Positions 1-17,669 of a stretch of 64,000 bases of DNA are shown in pieces. The position numbers and the translations under genes are program-made. The notes beneath the pieces were generated by a model. That model was not told where the DNA came from. It saw only the letters and a program-made list of their open reading frames with translations, and did not search any database. The DNA is taken from positions 40,052,001 through 40,116,000 of the forward strand of contig NC_059439.1 of the NCBI RefSeq assembly GCF_021028975.2, in the 5' to 3' direction. The stretch is from Sphaerodactylus townsendi. Taxonomy: Eukaryota. Within the stretch, counting starts at the first letter, position 1; each line of letters begins with the position of its first letter.

Positions 1-65
1 GTGGCTCATTGCCTGGGCATCTGTCAATCCTGCTGATCTGGCAGCCCCAATTAACAGGACACCAT

Positions 66-188
66 GTGAAACAGACTTCCCTCTGTGACACACCTCTGGA
101 GATGCCAGCCACAGATGCAGGCGAAACGTTAGGAACAAGATCCACCAGACCACGGCCACACAGCCCCCCGGGAAACCCACCAGAACCA
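66..188 (+). mobile_element. Penelope-like terminal repeat fragment (copy 2: 23847-23968)
   Basis: Matches the right arm of the 4011-4291 palindrome. Confidence 0.7.
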
Positions 189-300
189 ATCAACAGGACA
201 TTCGCATCCTTACGCCAACCAGTAATTCAGGGCCTCGGGAACCTTTCAACGCTTTTGCTTTCTACAGGCACAAAGGAAGAAGCTCAGGGGTGCATCCTCA

Positions 301-1162
301 GGAGAAGGAGAACAGAGAGGAGCTTGGATTTATACCCCGCTTTTCTCTCCCTTTCAGAAGTCTTAAAGTGGTTCACAAGCTCCTTCCCTTCCTCTCCCCA
401 CAACAGGCACCTGGTGAGGCGGGGGGGGGGGGGGCTGAGAGAGTCCTGAGAGCACTGTGACTGGCCCAAGGTCACCCAGCAGGCTTCATGTGGAAGCAGA
501 GGTGGGATCCAGCAGGTTCTCATCAGTTCCCGAGAGTGGGTGACTAATTATTTGTGTGTGCCGAGAGGGGGTGACTAATTGGGTCTGCTTTTCCTCTAGA
601 AATTTCATTAGAAAGTCCACAAATCATGAAGTCCTGTTGTTTCCTTTGTGGCTGGTTAGCGAAGGTAGAAAACGGGATAATTCTCCCTGTTGGGCTGTTT
701 TAAAAACATGTTTTAGAAATATGGTAAAGTTCCTTGTTGAAGGAAAGTCTCCTTCTTTTGATTTCTAGAAACAAAATTAAGTATTTGAAAGTATTAAGTG
801 TTTGACAGGCAGTCAATTAGAGGAGAAGTAGTTGTTTCTGTTGGCAGCAGACGATAGGACTTGCTAGAATGAGTTTAAATTATGGACAGAAAGATACCAG
901 CTGGAAATTAGGAACTTTTTTTTACAGTAAGAGTTTTTTACAGTAACAGAGAAATTATTAATGCCCTGCCCCCGGAATGCCCGGCCACGCCCCCGTCATG
1001 CCCCACCCAGCTCCATTGGCGCTACGCCACTGTTTGAACCCCACCACCATGGGAACCTGTTACTAAAATTTTTGGATCCCACCACTGTGTGGAAGAGCAG
1101 GGAATCAACTACAGTTCACCAGATCAGAGTCCCTCTTCTCGTAATGACTACACCACGCTGGT
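301..1162 (-). mobile_element. tRNA-derived squamate SINE (Squam3-like), split by the MITE; copy-2 equivalent 24081-24942
   Basis: The reverse complement begins ccagcgtggtgtagtc (A-box-like). The body ctgggtgaccttgggccagtcac is shared with the other SINE copies in the window. Confidence 0.7.
497..1087. mobile_element. hAT MITE (591 bp) inserted into a SINE
   Basis: 15-bp TIR CAGAGGTGGGATCCA / TGGATCCCACCACTG. 8-bp TSD TGTGGAAG at 489-496 and 1088-1095. Confidence 0.88.
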
Positions 1163-1758
1163 GTGTGTGATGACAGCAGGGCCAAAACAGGAACAGCCTG
1201 GCTTTACCTCGCTGCACTTTTCCCAGAGGTTTTTAGGGCAGGCAGGCTCTGGTGCAGAGAGAGAGACTTCAGTGCAGCCGTTCTTTCAGGCAGACACAAC
1301 TCTGCCCGCTGAGAAAGAAAGAGTCTGGTGCATCCCCGAAACCTACCGATTTGCCAGCCTTATCCTTTCTGTGCACGGTTCTCACTTGCTGTCGGAATGT
1401 GCTGAGTCTGATCGCAGCGCTGACCTAAAGTCCGTCAGCTACGCCAGTCTGTGCAGCAAAATCCCACCGGTCTGACTCGGGATTGGAATATTCCACAATC
1501 GCAATTTATAAATGTATTTTAATTTTGCCTTTGGATTGGAAGTTCTGAAGATTTTAGAATGTGGGGGTGGAAGGTCAGGCTGCAGGANNNNNNNNNNNNN
1601 NNNNNNNNNNNNNNNNNNNNNNNNNNNNNNNNNNNNNNNNNNNNNNNNNNNNNNNNNNNNNNNNNNNNNNNNNNNNNNNNNNNNNNNNNNNNNNNNNNNN
1701 NNNNNNNNNNNNNNNNNNNNNNNNNNNNNNNNNNNNNNNNNNNNNNNNNNNNNNNNNN

Positions 1759-2008
1759 AGTTGAACGATTGTGGCAAAAAAGAACAACAGTAATCCCACT
1801 AGTAGTCGGTGCTCTAGGAGGAATCCCAAGAAATCTTGAAAAACATCTGGAAAGCCTAAACTTGGACAGAACATCAATCCACCTGCTGCAGAAAGCAGCA
1901 CTTCTAGGAACTGCACATATTCTACGCAAATACCTCTAACATCCTAGGTCCTTGGGAAGGACTCGATATTCAGAGATGAATTCCAGACACTTGTGCTTTG
2001 TTGTTATG

Positions 2009-2085
<77 letters not shown>
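1759..2085 (+). mobile_element. 3' end of an R4/Dong-like restriction-endonuclease non-LTR retrotransposon ending in (AAT)n (copy 2: 25536-25863)
   Basis: Encodes [23 protein letters not shown]...[17 protein letters not shown], typical of R4-clade C-termini. It has a short 3' UTR followed by ~25 AAT units. Dong-like elements target TAA repeats. Confidence 0.75.
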
Positions 2086-2089
<4 letters not shown>

Positions 2090-2425
2090 GTATACCGCCC
2101 TCCCCCGGAGGGCTCAGGGCGGTGAACAACAAAACATATAAATAGAGCACAAAATAAAATCAATAAATAAATGATCATGAGATTTTGGTTTTTAAAGCAC
2201 AATTTGCTGTCCAAATCGAAAGACGTCCCCATCTTCAAACAGTTCAATTTAAACGGAGTCTTGACTTGCAAAAGCTCATACCCCCCCCCCCCAAGACCGA
2301 GGTGGTCTCTCAGGTGCGACTGGGCCCACCTGCAAATGCAATGTGACCCGCCCATTTCAGACCAATGAGAGGTCAGGTGCCACAGAGACAGAGGGGCTGC
2401 CCCCTGCCCCGCCCCCCCTCCTCAC

Positions 2426-8688
<6,263 letters not shown>

Positions 8689-8818
8689 GGCAGCCTCTCT
8701 GGGGCTGGCTCCTTGCAGCAGCAGCAGGCTCTGGGGAGGGGGAGGGGCTGTTCAGCAGGCCTTCCCCCCGCCCCCCAGCTTGGTGTTCGCTTTCAGGGCT
8801 TAGCCCTCCGGGAGGGCC

Positions 8819-8832
8819 ACTTCCTGCAGCTG
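8819..8832 (-). promoter_or_regulatory. Candidate CHRNE proximal promoter Ets site + myogenic E-box
   Basis: The minus strand reads CAGCTG-CAGGAAGT about 130 nt upstream of the ATG. Motif match only. Confidence 0.4.
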
Positions 8833-10433
8833 TCCGGTGTCTCCGGATGCCTGGGAGGTTTCTGCCAAGAAGGGAAAGTGTCCGGAGGCACCCTTTCGCC
8901 TGGGGGGCGGGGGGGAGAAGAGGAGGGGGGTGTTTCATGCCCTGGGCTGTTGCAATTTGCAAGCGTCTGTCGCAACCAGTCACTGAAGGGTTGACATCTG
9001 TTTGTGTGCAAACAGGATTCTGAGACCGTACTATTGATTAGCTATTGGTCAGTCTATCGGAGGCTTTCGTGATGCTGCCTGCAGCCTGCCTCTTTCTATG
9101 TTTTGTGACCCACCTGTAGTCATAGCTAGGAAAGTGTAACTGAAGGAGTCACTCAATGCAGCTTCTTCACATCTCTTCCAAAATGCCAGATCTGGTTTCC
9201 CTCGGTTTGGACGCCTTCCTCAGAGAACCCACCACCAGCCGGGCTTCTCCTCTCCACAAGCCCCTCATTCATTCTGACCCCATTCATATTCACCTGCCCA
9301 ACAGCCTCTGGTTTGTGCCCCTGGCTATCTCCTGTTTGACCTGCCAAATTCCCCTCCCCCCCGCAGAAAAGGGGGCTGCCAGCTGGGTCTCAAAAACTGT
9401 CCTGCCCCTTTAACAGAGGCTTCATGGGGGTGGGTTTCACCTCCCACCTGTGAGAAGCGTTGGCTGCCTGTGCCCAGAGGACATTTTAGGCCAGACCTCC
9501 TGGCTCCAGCGGCCGTGGCAAAGGTCCTCCTGGCCTGCCACAGCCTCTTCGCCTGGCCCGCAGCAACAAAACTGGACGCCTCTTCCCCTTCTAAGAATAA
9601 ACTGCCCATTGGCTTGCAGGCATCAGTCGCCCTGCCCTGGGGCCGCATGCAAGAGGCAGCTGTTTCCGGGGAGAGGGAGCTGCCGAATCCTCCCCCATGC
9701 CACACACGGAGAGGGGGGAGCAGAAGACCCCAATTTCCACCCCAAGCCCTCCCCCCTCACATGTCTGCCATGCCTGCTGCTAACTCGGCCCCTCCTCCTG
9801 TGTGCCATGTCCACGTGCTCCGCAAGAGTCTCTCTTCTGTTGCTTGAGGTGTCAGAATTATTGGCAGAGCCACAAGTCAGAAAGTGCCGTGATCCAGCGT
9901 TCAAAGTCTACTTCGGCAGCTGCAGAAGGTGGAGCAGGTGGCTGAGAATATCGGGCAGCACCGGCCAGTTCTGTGTTGAGGAAGAGGACCTCCCCTCCCT
10001 CCCCCCCCCCCCAACCCGGCAGAAACCTCTCTTCCAGACACGTGGGAAAGGAGCCGTGCCCAGAAGAGGGCAAGCAATTCAGACCAGATCCAATTGGCCA
10101 TGCTGGCAGGGGCTGATGGGGATTGTAGTCCATGAACACCTGGAGAGCCGTAGGTTGCAGACCGCTGGACTAGATCTTGTTGACCTGGGGCGGAGCTGCA
10201 CTTCGCACTGAAACCGTTTGGAAGCCGGTTTGACGCTTGCCGGGTTCTGCTGGGAACTGGAGCTCATGAGGGAAGGCAGGAAACCAGACGGCTTCCGTTG
10301 CTGAGCCGGTTGGAGGTTCAGAGGAGTGTGGGATCAGGGTGGGGTGGGAAGCAGAGGCACAGGCGGTGCACCCGGCCAGGAAGAGGACAGCGAGGCAGAA
10401 GGCAGCTTGGGTGAAAGGCTTGGGAAGAGCAGA

Positions 10434-10780
10434 ACATATTTGTTGGGGTTATATACCAAAAGAACTCCAACCATACTAAGCTTATTACTTACCTTACGGT
10501 GGTAAGGTTACTAATTGCAGCCAACTGGAAATTAAAGAAGGTTCCATCTCTAGAAGAATGGTTGGAAAAATTTATATTCTTATGGATGTGGGATTGCATT
10601 GCATTATCTTTTACAGAAGAAGATACAAAGAAGAGAGGTTATAAGAATTATGCCCATATAGATTGTAAAGAGAAAGTATGTACAACTATACACGTAAGTT
10701 TTTCTTCATGTATAATATAAGTGATCTACTGTTGTAATGTATTTTAATTTATTAATAAAAGTGAATTATTAAAAAAAAGA
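10434..10780 (+). mobile_element. 5'-truncated L1-type LINE 3' end (copy 2: ~32853-33198)
   Basis: AT-rich island encoding VRLLIAANWKLKKVPSLEEWLEK (L1 ORF2 C-terminal-like), followed by AATAAA and an A-rich tail. Confidence 0.65.
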
Positions 10781-10899
10781 AGAAGTGGGGAAGGTCAGCG
10801 CAGGAGTCGACTGGGGGAGTGTTTAAAACTGAAAGAGAATTTTAAAAAACCGAAAGGACCCCATAATAACAGGCCTCCTAACAGGGAGAGCCCACAGTA

Positions 10900-11097
10900 G
10901 GGGGCCCCCAACCCAAGGCCACCTGTCCTTGGGCCACTCACGCTTCTCTCCCGGCTCCCCCCACGGGGAGGTTTCCATGCCTCTGGGGCCTGACTGGCCT
11001 TGAACTGTGGTGTCCAGCTGCAAAGCCTGCCGGGGGGAGACCTGGACTGTTCCGAGAACCTCCTCCTGACACTCCTTCCTCCTGATCGGCTGCAGTA
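10900..11097 (+). pseudogene. Decayed fragment of the GP1BA LRR region (copy-2 equivalent ~33317-33512)
   Basis: Aligns by eye to GP1BA from 18268 onward. Examples: cctgtccttgggccactcacgc vs cctgtctctgggccacaacgc; ctgcaaagcctgccgg is identical; acctggactgttccgagaacc vs acctggacttgtccgagaacc. It contains indels and a ~27-bp deletion. Confidence 0.7.
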
Positions 11098-11204
11098 GCT
11101 GAGCAGCATCTGACTCCACAGTGCTCGGGAGAGCTGACCCCCCCCCCCCCCCCCCCACGCCCCTGAGCCTGCTGTCCTAGAACGCCTCTGCCATCATTGC
11201 ACCC

Positions 11205-11520
11205 AGGCCATTGCTGTCATAAGGGTCACAACCACGTTATAACTATCATTATAATACCCATCACTATCATAAGGGTCACAACCATCGCTATAATGGCCAT
11301 TGCTGTCATAAGGGTCACAACCATTGCTGTCGGGTCACAGCCATCGTTATAGCGATCGTTATAGCGAAGGTTGTGACCCTTATGACAGTGATGGGTGTTA
11401 TAATGATCGTTATAACACCCATCGCTGTCATAAGGGTAACTGCCATCCTTATAACGATCGTTATAGCGATCGTTATAACGGCCACACGTCATGCAACGGC
11501 CACTGACCGTTCTGTAACGA
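11205..11520. repeat. Complex minisatellite with direct and inverted units (copy 2: ~33622-33935)
   Basis: cataagggtcacaacc occurs three times, then its reverse complement ggttgtgacccttatg, interspersed with atcgttata units. Confidence 0.8.
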
Positions 11521-12634
11521 CGGCAGGCTCAGGGGCGGGTCCGGGAGTGGCGGGGCGGGGAGGGAAAGGTCGGCCTCCCGACCACTGGGGCTGACAGTTT
11601 GCGTGAAAGCGGAGTCCTTTGAGAGAGTAACCCGTGGCAGGAGTGTCGTCCCAGAGTCCAGTCTTCCAGCAGCAGCCCTGTTCTTGGAGTGGGGGAGGGG
11701 GCTGCTGCCGGCGGTGCCGTTTCGGGAAGCTGCTGGGTGGGTGGGTGGAGGGAGGGAGGCGGAGGGCGGGGAGTTCTGGTCCCGGGAAGGGGATGCATGC
11801 ATGGGGCTGAAGACCCCAGCAGGGGGCGACAAAGACCAGGGCTGCAAAGGCCTTGCAGTAAGAGGCCAGCTCCACCAGGGGGCAGCAGCGCTTCCTCTTC
11901 TTTTCCTGAGCTCAGCAGCGTCGTTATATCGATCCTTCCTATCGTTAGGACGACACGACACCTCCACCTCCCGCTTGATTGGCCGTCGGGGCCATAGAGG
12001 CGGAAGAGTCCAGCCGGGAGAAGGAGGAGGGGGCCGTTTCTGCAGGGACTGCTGCTGCTGGAGGCCTGTCGTCAGCTGGGGACTCTAGTCAGCCTCCCTC
12101 TCTGGCCCTGTGGACGGGGAGGAGCAAGGGCAGGAGGAGCTATTCGGCTGGGAGGTCCTGTGGGGGGGGCAGGAGGAGGGGGCCACTACGGGGGAGGCAG
12201 AGGCGGAGGGCCATGGAGCAGGAGGCGGGGGGGGGGGTTGCTGAGAATATCTGGCAGCACCGGCCACTCTGTGTTGAGGAAGAGGACCTCCCCTCCCCCC
12301 AACCCGGAAACCTCTCTTCCAGACCCGTGGGGAAGGAGTCAGGCCCTGAGAAGGGGAAGAAGCACATGCAAGGGCGGGCACTCCTACTATACCCCCCCCC
12401 CCACGTTTCTTAAGGTCAAGAGACTAAGAGTGAAACCAGGCCAAGGAATGGGAACCGGGCTGGCCTTTGGAAGGGGGCGAGGCTGGAGTTGGTTCCCAGC
12501 TCTTTACTTGCACTTCCTACTTCAGTTTTTGAGAATCCAGCCGTGAATGTTTATTTTACCACCTGCGTTTCTCAGTGAGACGCCAAGAAGGTCTCGGATA
12601 CCCACGAGGCCGCCTCCTGCTGAGTCCGTCAGAG

Positions 12635-13105
12635 AGTGGATCTGAAAAGAGAATCTGGGGAAATTTAGGGGGTGCCTGTTGTCAGGGGTGCAATTATTAG
12701 GATAGCAGTTCAAAATTTCTCTAGAGATCTTCGTGAGACCGAAAGGATGATACCACCCAGGTTTGGTGAAGTTTGGTTCAGGGGTCCAAAGTTATGGACC
12801 TCAAAGCGTAGCTCCCATCTCCTATTAGCTCCCATTGGAAACAATGGGGACGGGGGGCACTCTCTTGGGAGTCCTAAACCAAATCTCACCAAACCCAGGT
12901 CATATCATAAGGAGAGTCTTCCCAGTCCCTGAAATTTTTGGTGTGCTGCTAGGTTGAAATTCGCGCCTGGCTGCAGGCCAAAACGAAAAAAAACACTGAA
13001 AATACAAAGTCCCCCACAAATGAGCCTGCAATTTTGTCACTCCACCCCAAGGAGGCTTCCGGGGCAGCTGCCTCCACCTTAAGCCCAATGGGAGGAACGC
13101 CTCTG
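12635..13105. mobile_element. Left-truncated member of the same hAT family (copy 2: ~35030-35498)
   Basis: Contains the ggttcagggg-tccaaagttatggacc unit and a right end acgcctctg. No left TIR. Confidence 0.7.
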
Positions 13106-13564
13106 GAACTGGCCCTGAAAGGGAGCGAGGCTGGAGTTGGGTCCCAGCTCTACTTGCACTTCCTACTTCAGTTTTTGAGAATCCAGCCTGAATGTTTATT
13201 TTACCACCTGTGTTTCTCACTGAGAGGCCAAGAAGGTCCCGGAGACCCACGAGGTCAGCCCTGCTGAGTCAGACTGGTGGTCCGTGTTGTCTGCTCAGAC
13301 TGACAGATATTCTCCAGGGTCTCCGGAGGAAGAAAAGGGTCGTGATGCTCTGACACCACTAACTGTTTCTGGCTGTTTTTGCAAGCAAAGAAAAGTTCAG
13401 GCACTTTGCTTGCTTAGAGGAGCTTTTCTCCTCTGATAGTTAACTGAAGCAGTGACAGAAAAGTTAAATGAGCTGCTTTTTAGCAGAGGTTAAGGGTGGA
13501 GAGGGGCCTTCTTACCTGACAGGAGGCCAAAATCGAATCCAGGGGTTCATGTTAAAGTGCTTGG

Positions 13565-14240
13565 ATAGATGGATAGATGGATAGATGGATAGATAGATAG
13601 ATAGATAAACCTTTATTAGGCATAGAACTACATAACAGCCAACATTGTCCAAACAAGTATCCCATACATGAGAACCATCGCAGGTAATCATTTCAAAGTT
13701 TCTATATGGAACCTAGCTACAAAAAGCGCTAAAATCTCGAGGCAGAATTGTTTAGTAGAACGCACTTTCCCCACACAGCAGAGTATTCATTAAAGATTAC
13801 GGGACAAAGAGCAAAAAAGTCTGGTCCTAGATCCCTCTTATTTGGGGGGGGCAGTCAAGCAACATATGTTCCATAGTTTGTACTGCTGTGGTACAATGGG
13901 GACATTTCTGCTCTTGCAGGTCGCATTCTTTGAACCTTCCCTTGCAGCATAGAGCAAGGAAGGATACAATGAGCCCCAGTGATTATCCATCTATGCTTGT
14001 TCCTGAAGCAAACTCAAATAATCTGCCATGTGATTGATTTTAAATTCTGATGTTGCAAGAGGGGGGAGCAATTGCTTTGCCTTGTCCTGCAGAACTTGAA
14101 ACTTTGATCTAGCAGTCACTTTTTAATTGAGAGAGAGAAGATTTCAGAAGGCAGCATTTGCAAGGCTTCCCAGGAAAATCCCAGGGAAAGTATTTTAGTG
14201 CTATAATGAGGTGGTAATCTAGTAAATTAGATATACCTCT
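13565..14240 (-). mobile_element. Degraded non-LTR retrotransposon 3' end with (GATA)/(GATG) microsatellite tail
   Basis: The minus strand ends aataaaggtttatctatctatc. The body resembles the LINE remnant at ~54070-55320. Confidence 0.5.
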
Positions 14241-14244
14241 GGTT

Positions 14245-14710
14245 CCTATGTCCCTACTCGGCCTCTGTGATCTGCGGAGGCAAACCTACTGGTGGTCCCT
14301 GGCCCCTCAATGATACAACTGGCCTCCACCTGGGCCAGGGCCTTTACTGCCTTGGCCCCTGCCTGGTGGAACACTCCCTTTGGCCATCAGGGCCCTGCAG
14401 GACCTTGGACAGTTCACAGGGCCTGAAAAACGGAGTTGTTTTTTACTGGCTTTGGGAGGCTGGTCTCTGATACGCCCCGGCCATCCTCGTATACCATCAC
14501 ATCTAGTTGTCAGCTTATTGTTGTGCCCAGTCCTGGGGGGCGGGGTAGGTGGTTTTAGTCATCTGCCGTTGGCTCTTTGTTATCTGCTTTGTTGTGTTAA
14601 ATTATTTCTGGTTTCTTATCATATATTGTAATGTTATGTTTTAATGGTATTTTGTTCTATTGTACAATCACCTAGATTCTTCGGGGTGTAAGGTATAGTA
14701 AGTCTCACAA
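14245..14710 (+). mobile_element. L2-like LINE 3' fragment
   Basis: Degenerate RAF..LAPAWWNTL..IRAL..F..KTELF..AF C-terminal ORF2 motif, followed by a T-rich 3' UTR. Confidence 0.55.
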
Positions 14711-17669
14711 ACAAAAAACAAAAAACTATTGCAGAAGCAAATCATATGCACCTGCTCATTGGCTCATCTGCAACTGTGTTGATTATCTCATCATATTTAC
14801 TTATGAATTTATTTAGATAACAATCACATTATTATAATAGAACAGACCCTAGGGAAAAAGAAGTGACGACATTTTCTCTATAACTATGTACTACAGTACA
14901 AGCAGATCAGATTAATCTGACAGAAGTCTCAGAAGATCTAATAAAGTGGAGATTTTGGGTATTAAACTTGGGGTTTTTGTGAAGTCCCAAAAGCAAGGGA
15001 CAAAAGCGAGATTGGATTTTCTGCTATTACTTGCTATAACGACTAAGCAATGCAAGGAATGTATTGTCGAAGGCTTTCAATGGCCGAATCACTGGGGAAC
15101 ACCTAACGCTGGGAATGTTATGTTGGCATATTCATTTTCACAGTGATCGTGAGGGCTAATTCTTATTTGTTGATTATTCTGTCTTGTTCAATAAAGAGAA
15201 CAATCTCTTTTCTCCGTCACAGATAAAGGTCTCCACAGATTTTCTGTCTGGTTTGTTGGATAAAGTTTGCTGGGGAATCTTCCCTACTGTTTTGTATGAT
15301 CAGAATTGAAGGTCGAGAATCACCCTTTTAATGAACAAATCCTGCAGGACTCTGCTGCTCCTAAACAGTTGATGGAGGCAAAATCTTGGAGGGTCTAGTT
15401 CGATCTTCAAATGGGGTGTGGGAGGGAACGACAACCCTCAAGTGTATTCCTGACCCCCCCCCCCCCTGCATTTCCTTCTTGATGTTTATTTCCCAGGCCC
15501 AACTCCTCACCCTACGGGCGCCGGATCAGATGCCACCAGCACCTGCCACCCAACAAGGCAGAGCCCGGTCCCTTTTGGGATGTAGGTTCTGATGTGCTAT
15601 CAGTGAGGGGATGGCAAAGCCCTGCTTTTAAAAGTGTCGAAGACTCTCTTGCTTGTTTTTGCTGCAGCAGAGACATGCTCCTCCCCACCCCCTGGGAATT
15701 TTTTTTAGAATAGTCTCCTGAGCAAGGCTACCAGCTGAGGACAAGAGGGAACTCCACGCTCACCCTGCAAACAAATACACCCCCCCTTCCTGTTTGCCCA
15801 ATGCTTTAGAGCAGGGTCCCAACACACCACCTATAAGCCCCAAAGGATCCATACTGACACCATACCTGCCTCTGCCAAGCATTCCCAGGAAGCAGGGTTC
15901 TACAGGCCTCCGGGACTGGCCTCCTGGAGATGCAATTTGCTGTCCAGGTCAGTGCCATGCTTGCTTTGGAGGCAGCTGCCCCAAGACTTGGCCTCTGTTT
16001 CCCCTTTGGCTCCCAGCTCCCCTTCCAGTACCCTTTTCAAAATGATCCCTCTCTGTCCTGTAGCTCATCTTCCTGTGGGAGTAGGTAGACCCCCCCCCCC
16101 CCCCCCAGCTGCCATTTTGTAGCAGTGCTTTCACCCGGGTCCCTGGGCCAGAATGCCCAGATCCTCTCCAGGAGTTTTGGCCAGTCCAACAATTCAGACC
16201 AGATCCTGTGGATCTGGGGCAGAGCTGCACTTCGCACTGAAACCGTTTGGAAGCCGGTTTGACGCTTCAAGCCGGACTGGCTGGGAACTGGAGCTCATGA
16301 GGGTGGCAAAACCAGATGGCTTCCTGCTGCTGAGCCGGCTGGAGGTCAGGAGGAGTGTGGGATCAGTGGGTGGGAAGCAGAGGCACAGGCGGTGCACTCG
16401 GGGAGGAAGAGGACGTATGAGGCAGAAGGCAGCTTAAGAAAGGTTTGGGGAAGAGAACACCCCCCCCCTGCAAGGTAGGCCCTTCCCACCATTCCACCTG
16501 CAGGTCCTGCTCAATCAAAAACGGGGAGGGGGCTTTCTTCCCACATCAAGAAGTGGGGAAGGTCAGCGCAGGAGTCGACTGGGGTAGCCCGCAGGGCTGC
16601 ACGCTCCTGAGTAATCGTCAAACCCGTCCAGCTGGTGCTTGGAGTGCTATTAGAATATCGTGTTGGGGAAAACAAAAACAAATCCCCGCCCTGACAGGGG
16701 GAGGGCCCCCCGTGTGGCCCCCTTCAGCTCCCTGAAAGAGAGGGAACCAGGCCGTCTCTTGCCGGTACCCCAGAGGGTGGGATGGGACCCAAAGTCACAG
16801 CAGGGAAGGGGTCGGTTGCTCATGAGGAGAAAGGGCCCAATGGTGAGAGCCCCAGATTTGGGGATGAGTGGGCAGGCCTGGACGGTTGCCCCCCACCCCA
16901 GGGTTCTCTGCCCAGGCAGTGGTCATGGAGTTCGTGGGAGGGGTGGCAGGGGAACCACGAGCCCCCTCTAGTGGCATTGGCCCAGGGCCCTGCTGAACAG
17001 GAGGAGGAGGAGGAGGCCGTGTCAGTGGCAGCCCCACGGTCTGGGAAGCGCCCCGTCCCCATCCGGAGGGGAGAGGAAGACCTTTTCATTCAGGGCTGCG
17101 CTGGGCTGAGTCCGGCAGCAGCTGCCCTGCGTGGTGGTTTTGCATTTTGGTTGGATGCTTTACATTTTCTGCTCTGCTTCATCCACGTTTGTCGGGCAGC
17201 ACCTTGAGCTCCATGCGGAAGGCCAGGGGCTAATAAATGTTCTGAACGAACAAACAGAACGAACAAGATCTCAGGCAAATGTCCACCCTGCGGGGGTCAG
17301 GGTGGACGGCCCGAGTGGGAGCCCACGGCCACTCCTGCCAGGAGACCAGGAAGGAACTCCTGCTCCCGCCCCCCACCCCCCTGCAACAACTGGAGTATTG
17401 TGTGAAAGGGCAACACCCACTAGCCAAGGATCACTTCAGTGCAGAGAAAGGGGACTTCGCCTGTGTGAAAACAAAGACTGCCGTGCTTGCAGGAAAGTCG
17501 CCTGCCTGCACTGTGAGTGGCACCGCTAGCCTGGGCATCCGGTCTGGGCGCTATCTCCGTGGCACTCCTGGCAGGGCCCTTTCCGGCTGCTCCTGGCCTG
17601 GCCTATCTGCAGTGCCCACACCAGGGGAGGGGGTGGGGTGCTTTCCTTCATCGAGTAGGAGACCCACTC

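Noticed and set aside
421-434. Numerous long G/C homopolymers as G-quadruplex elements
   Set aside because: They are ubiquitous in this GC-rich region and lengths vary between copies as expected from homopolymer error, so there is no specific signal.
11205-11520. CRISPR-like appearance of repeated units, and His/Tyr/Asn-rich ORFs
   Set aside because: Eukaryotic context, no constant-length unique spacers and no cas genes. The ORFs are by-products of the repeat and differ between copies.
17200-17520. GP1BA promoter and non-coding exon 1 (Ets-like CGGAAG near 17216, donor-like GTGAGT at 17513)
   Set aside because: Plausible, but I saw no clear GATA site and there is no transcript evidence, so boundaries cannot be supported.
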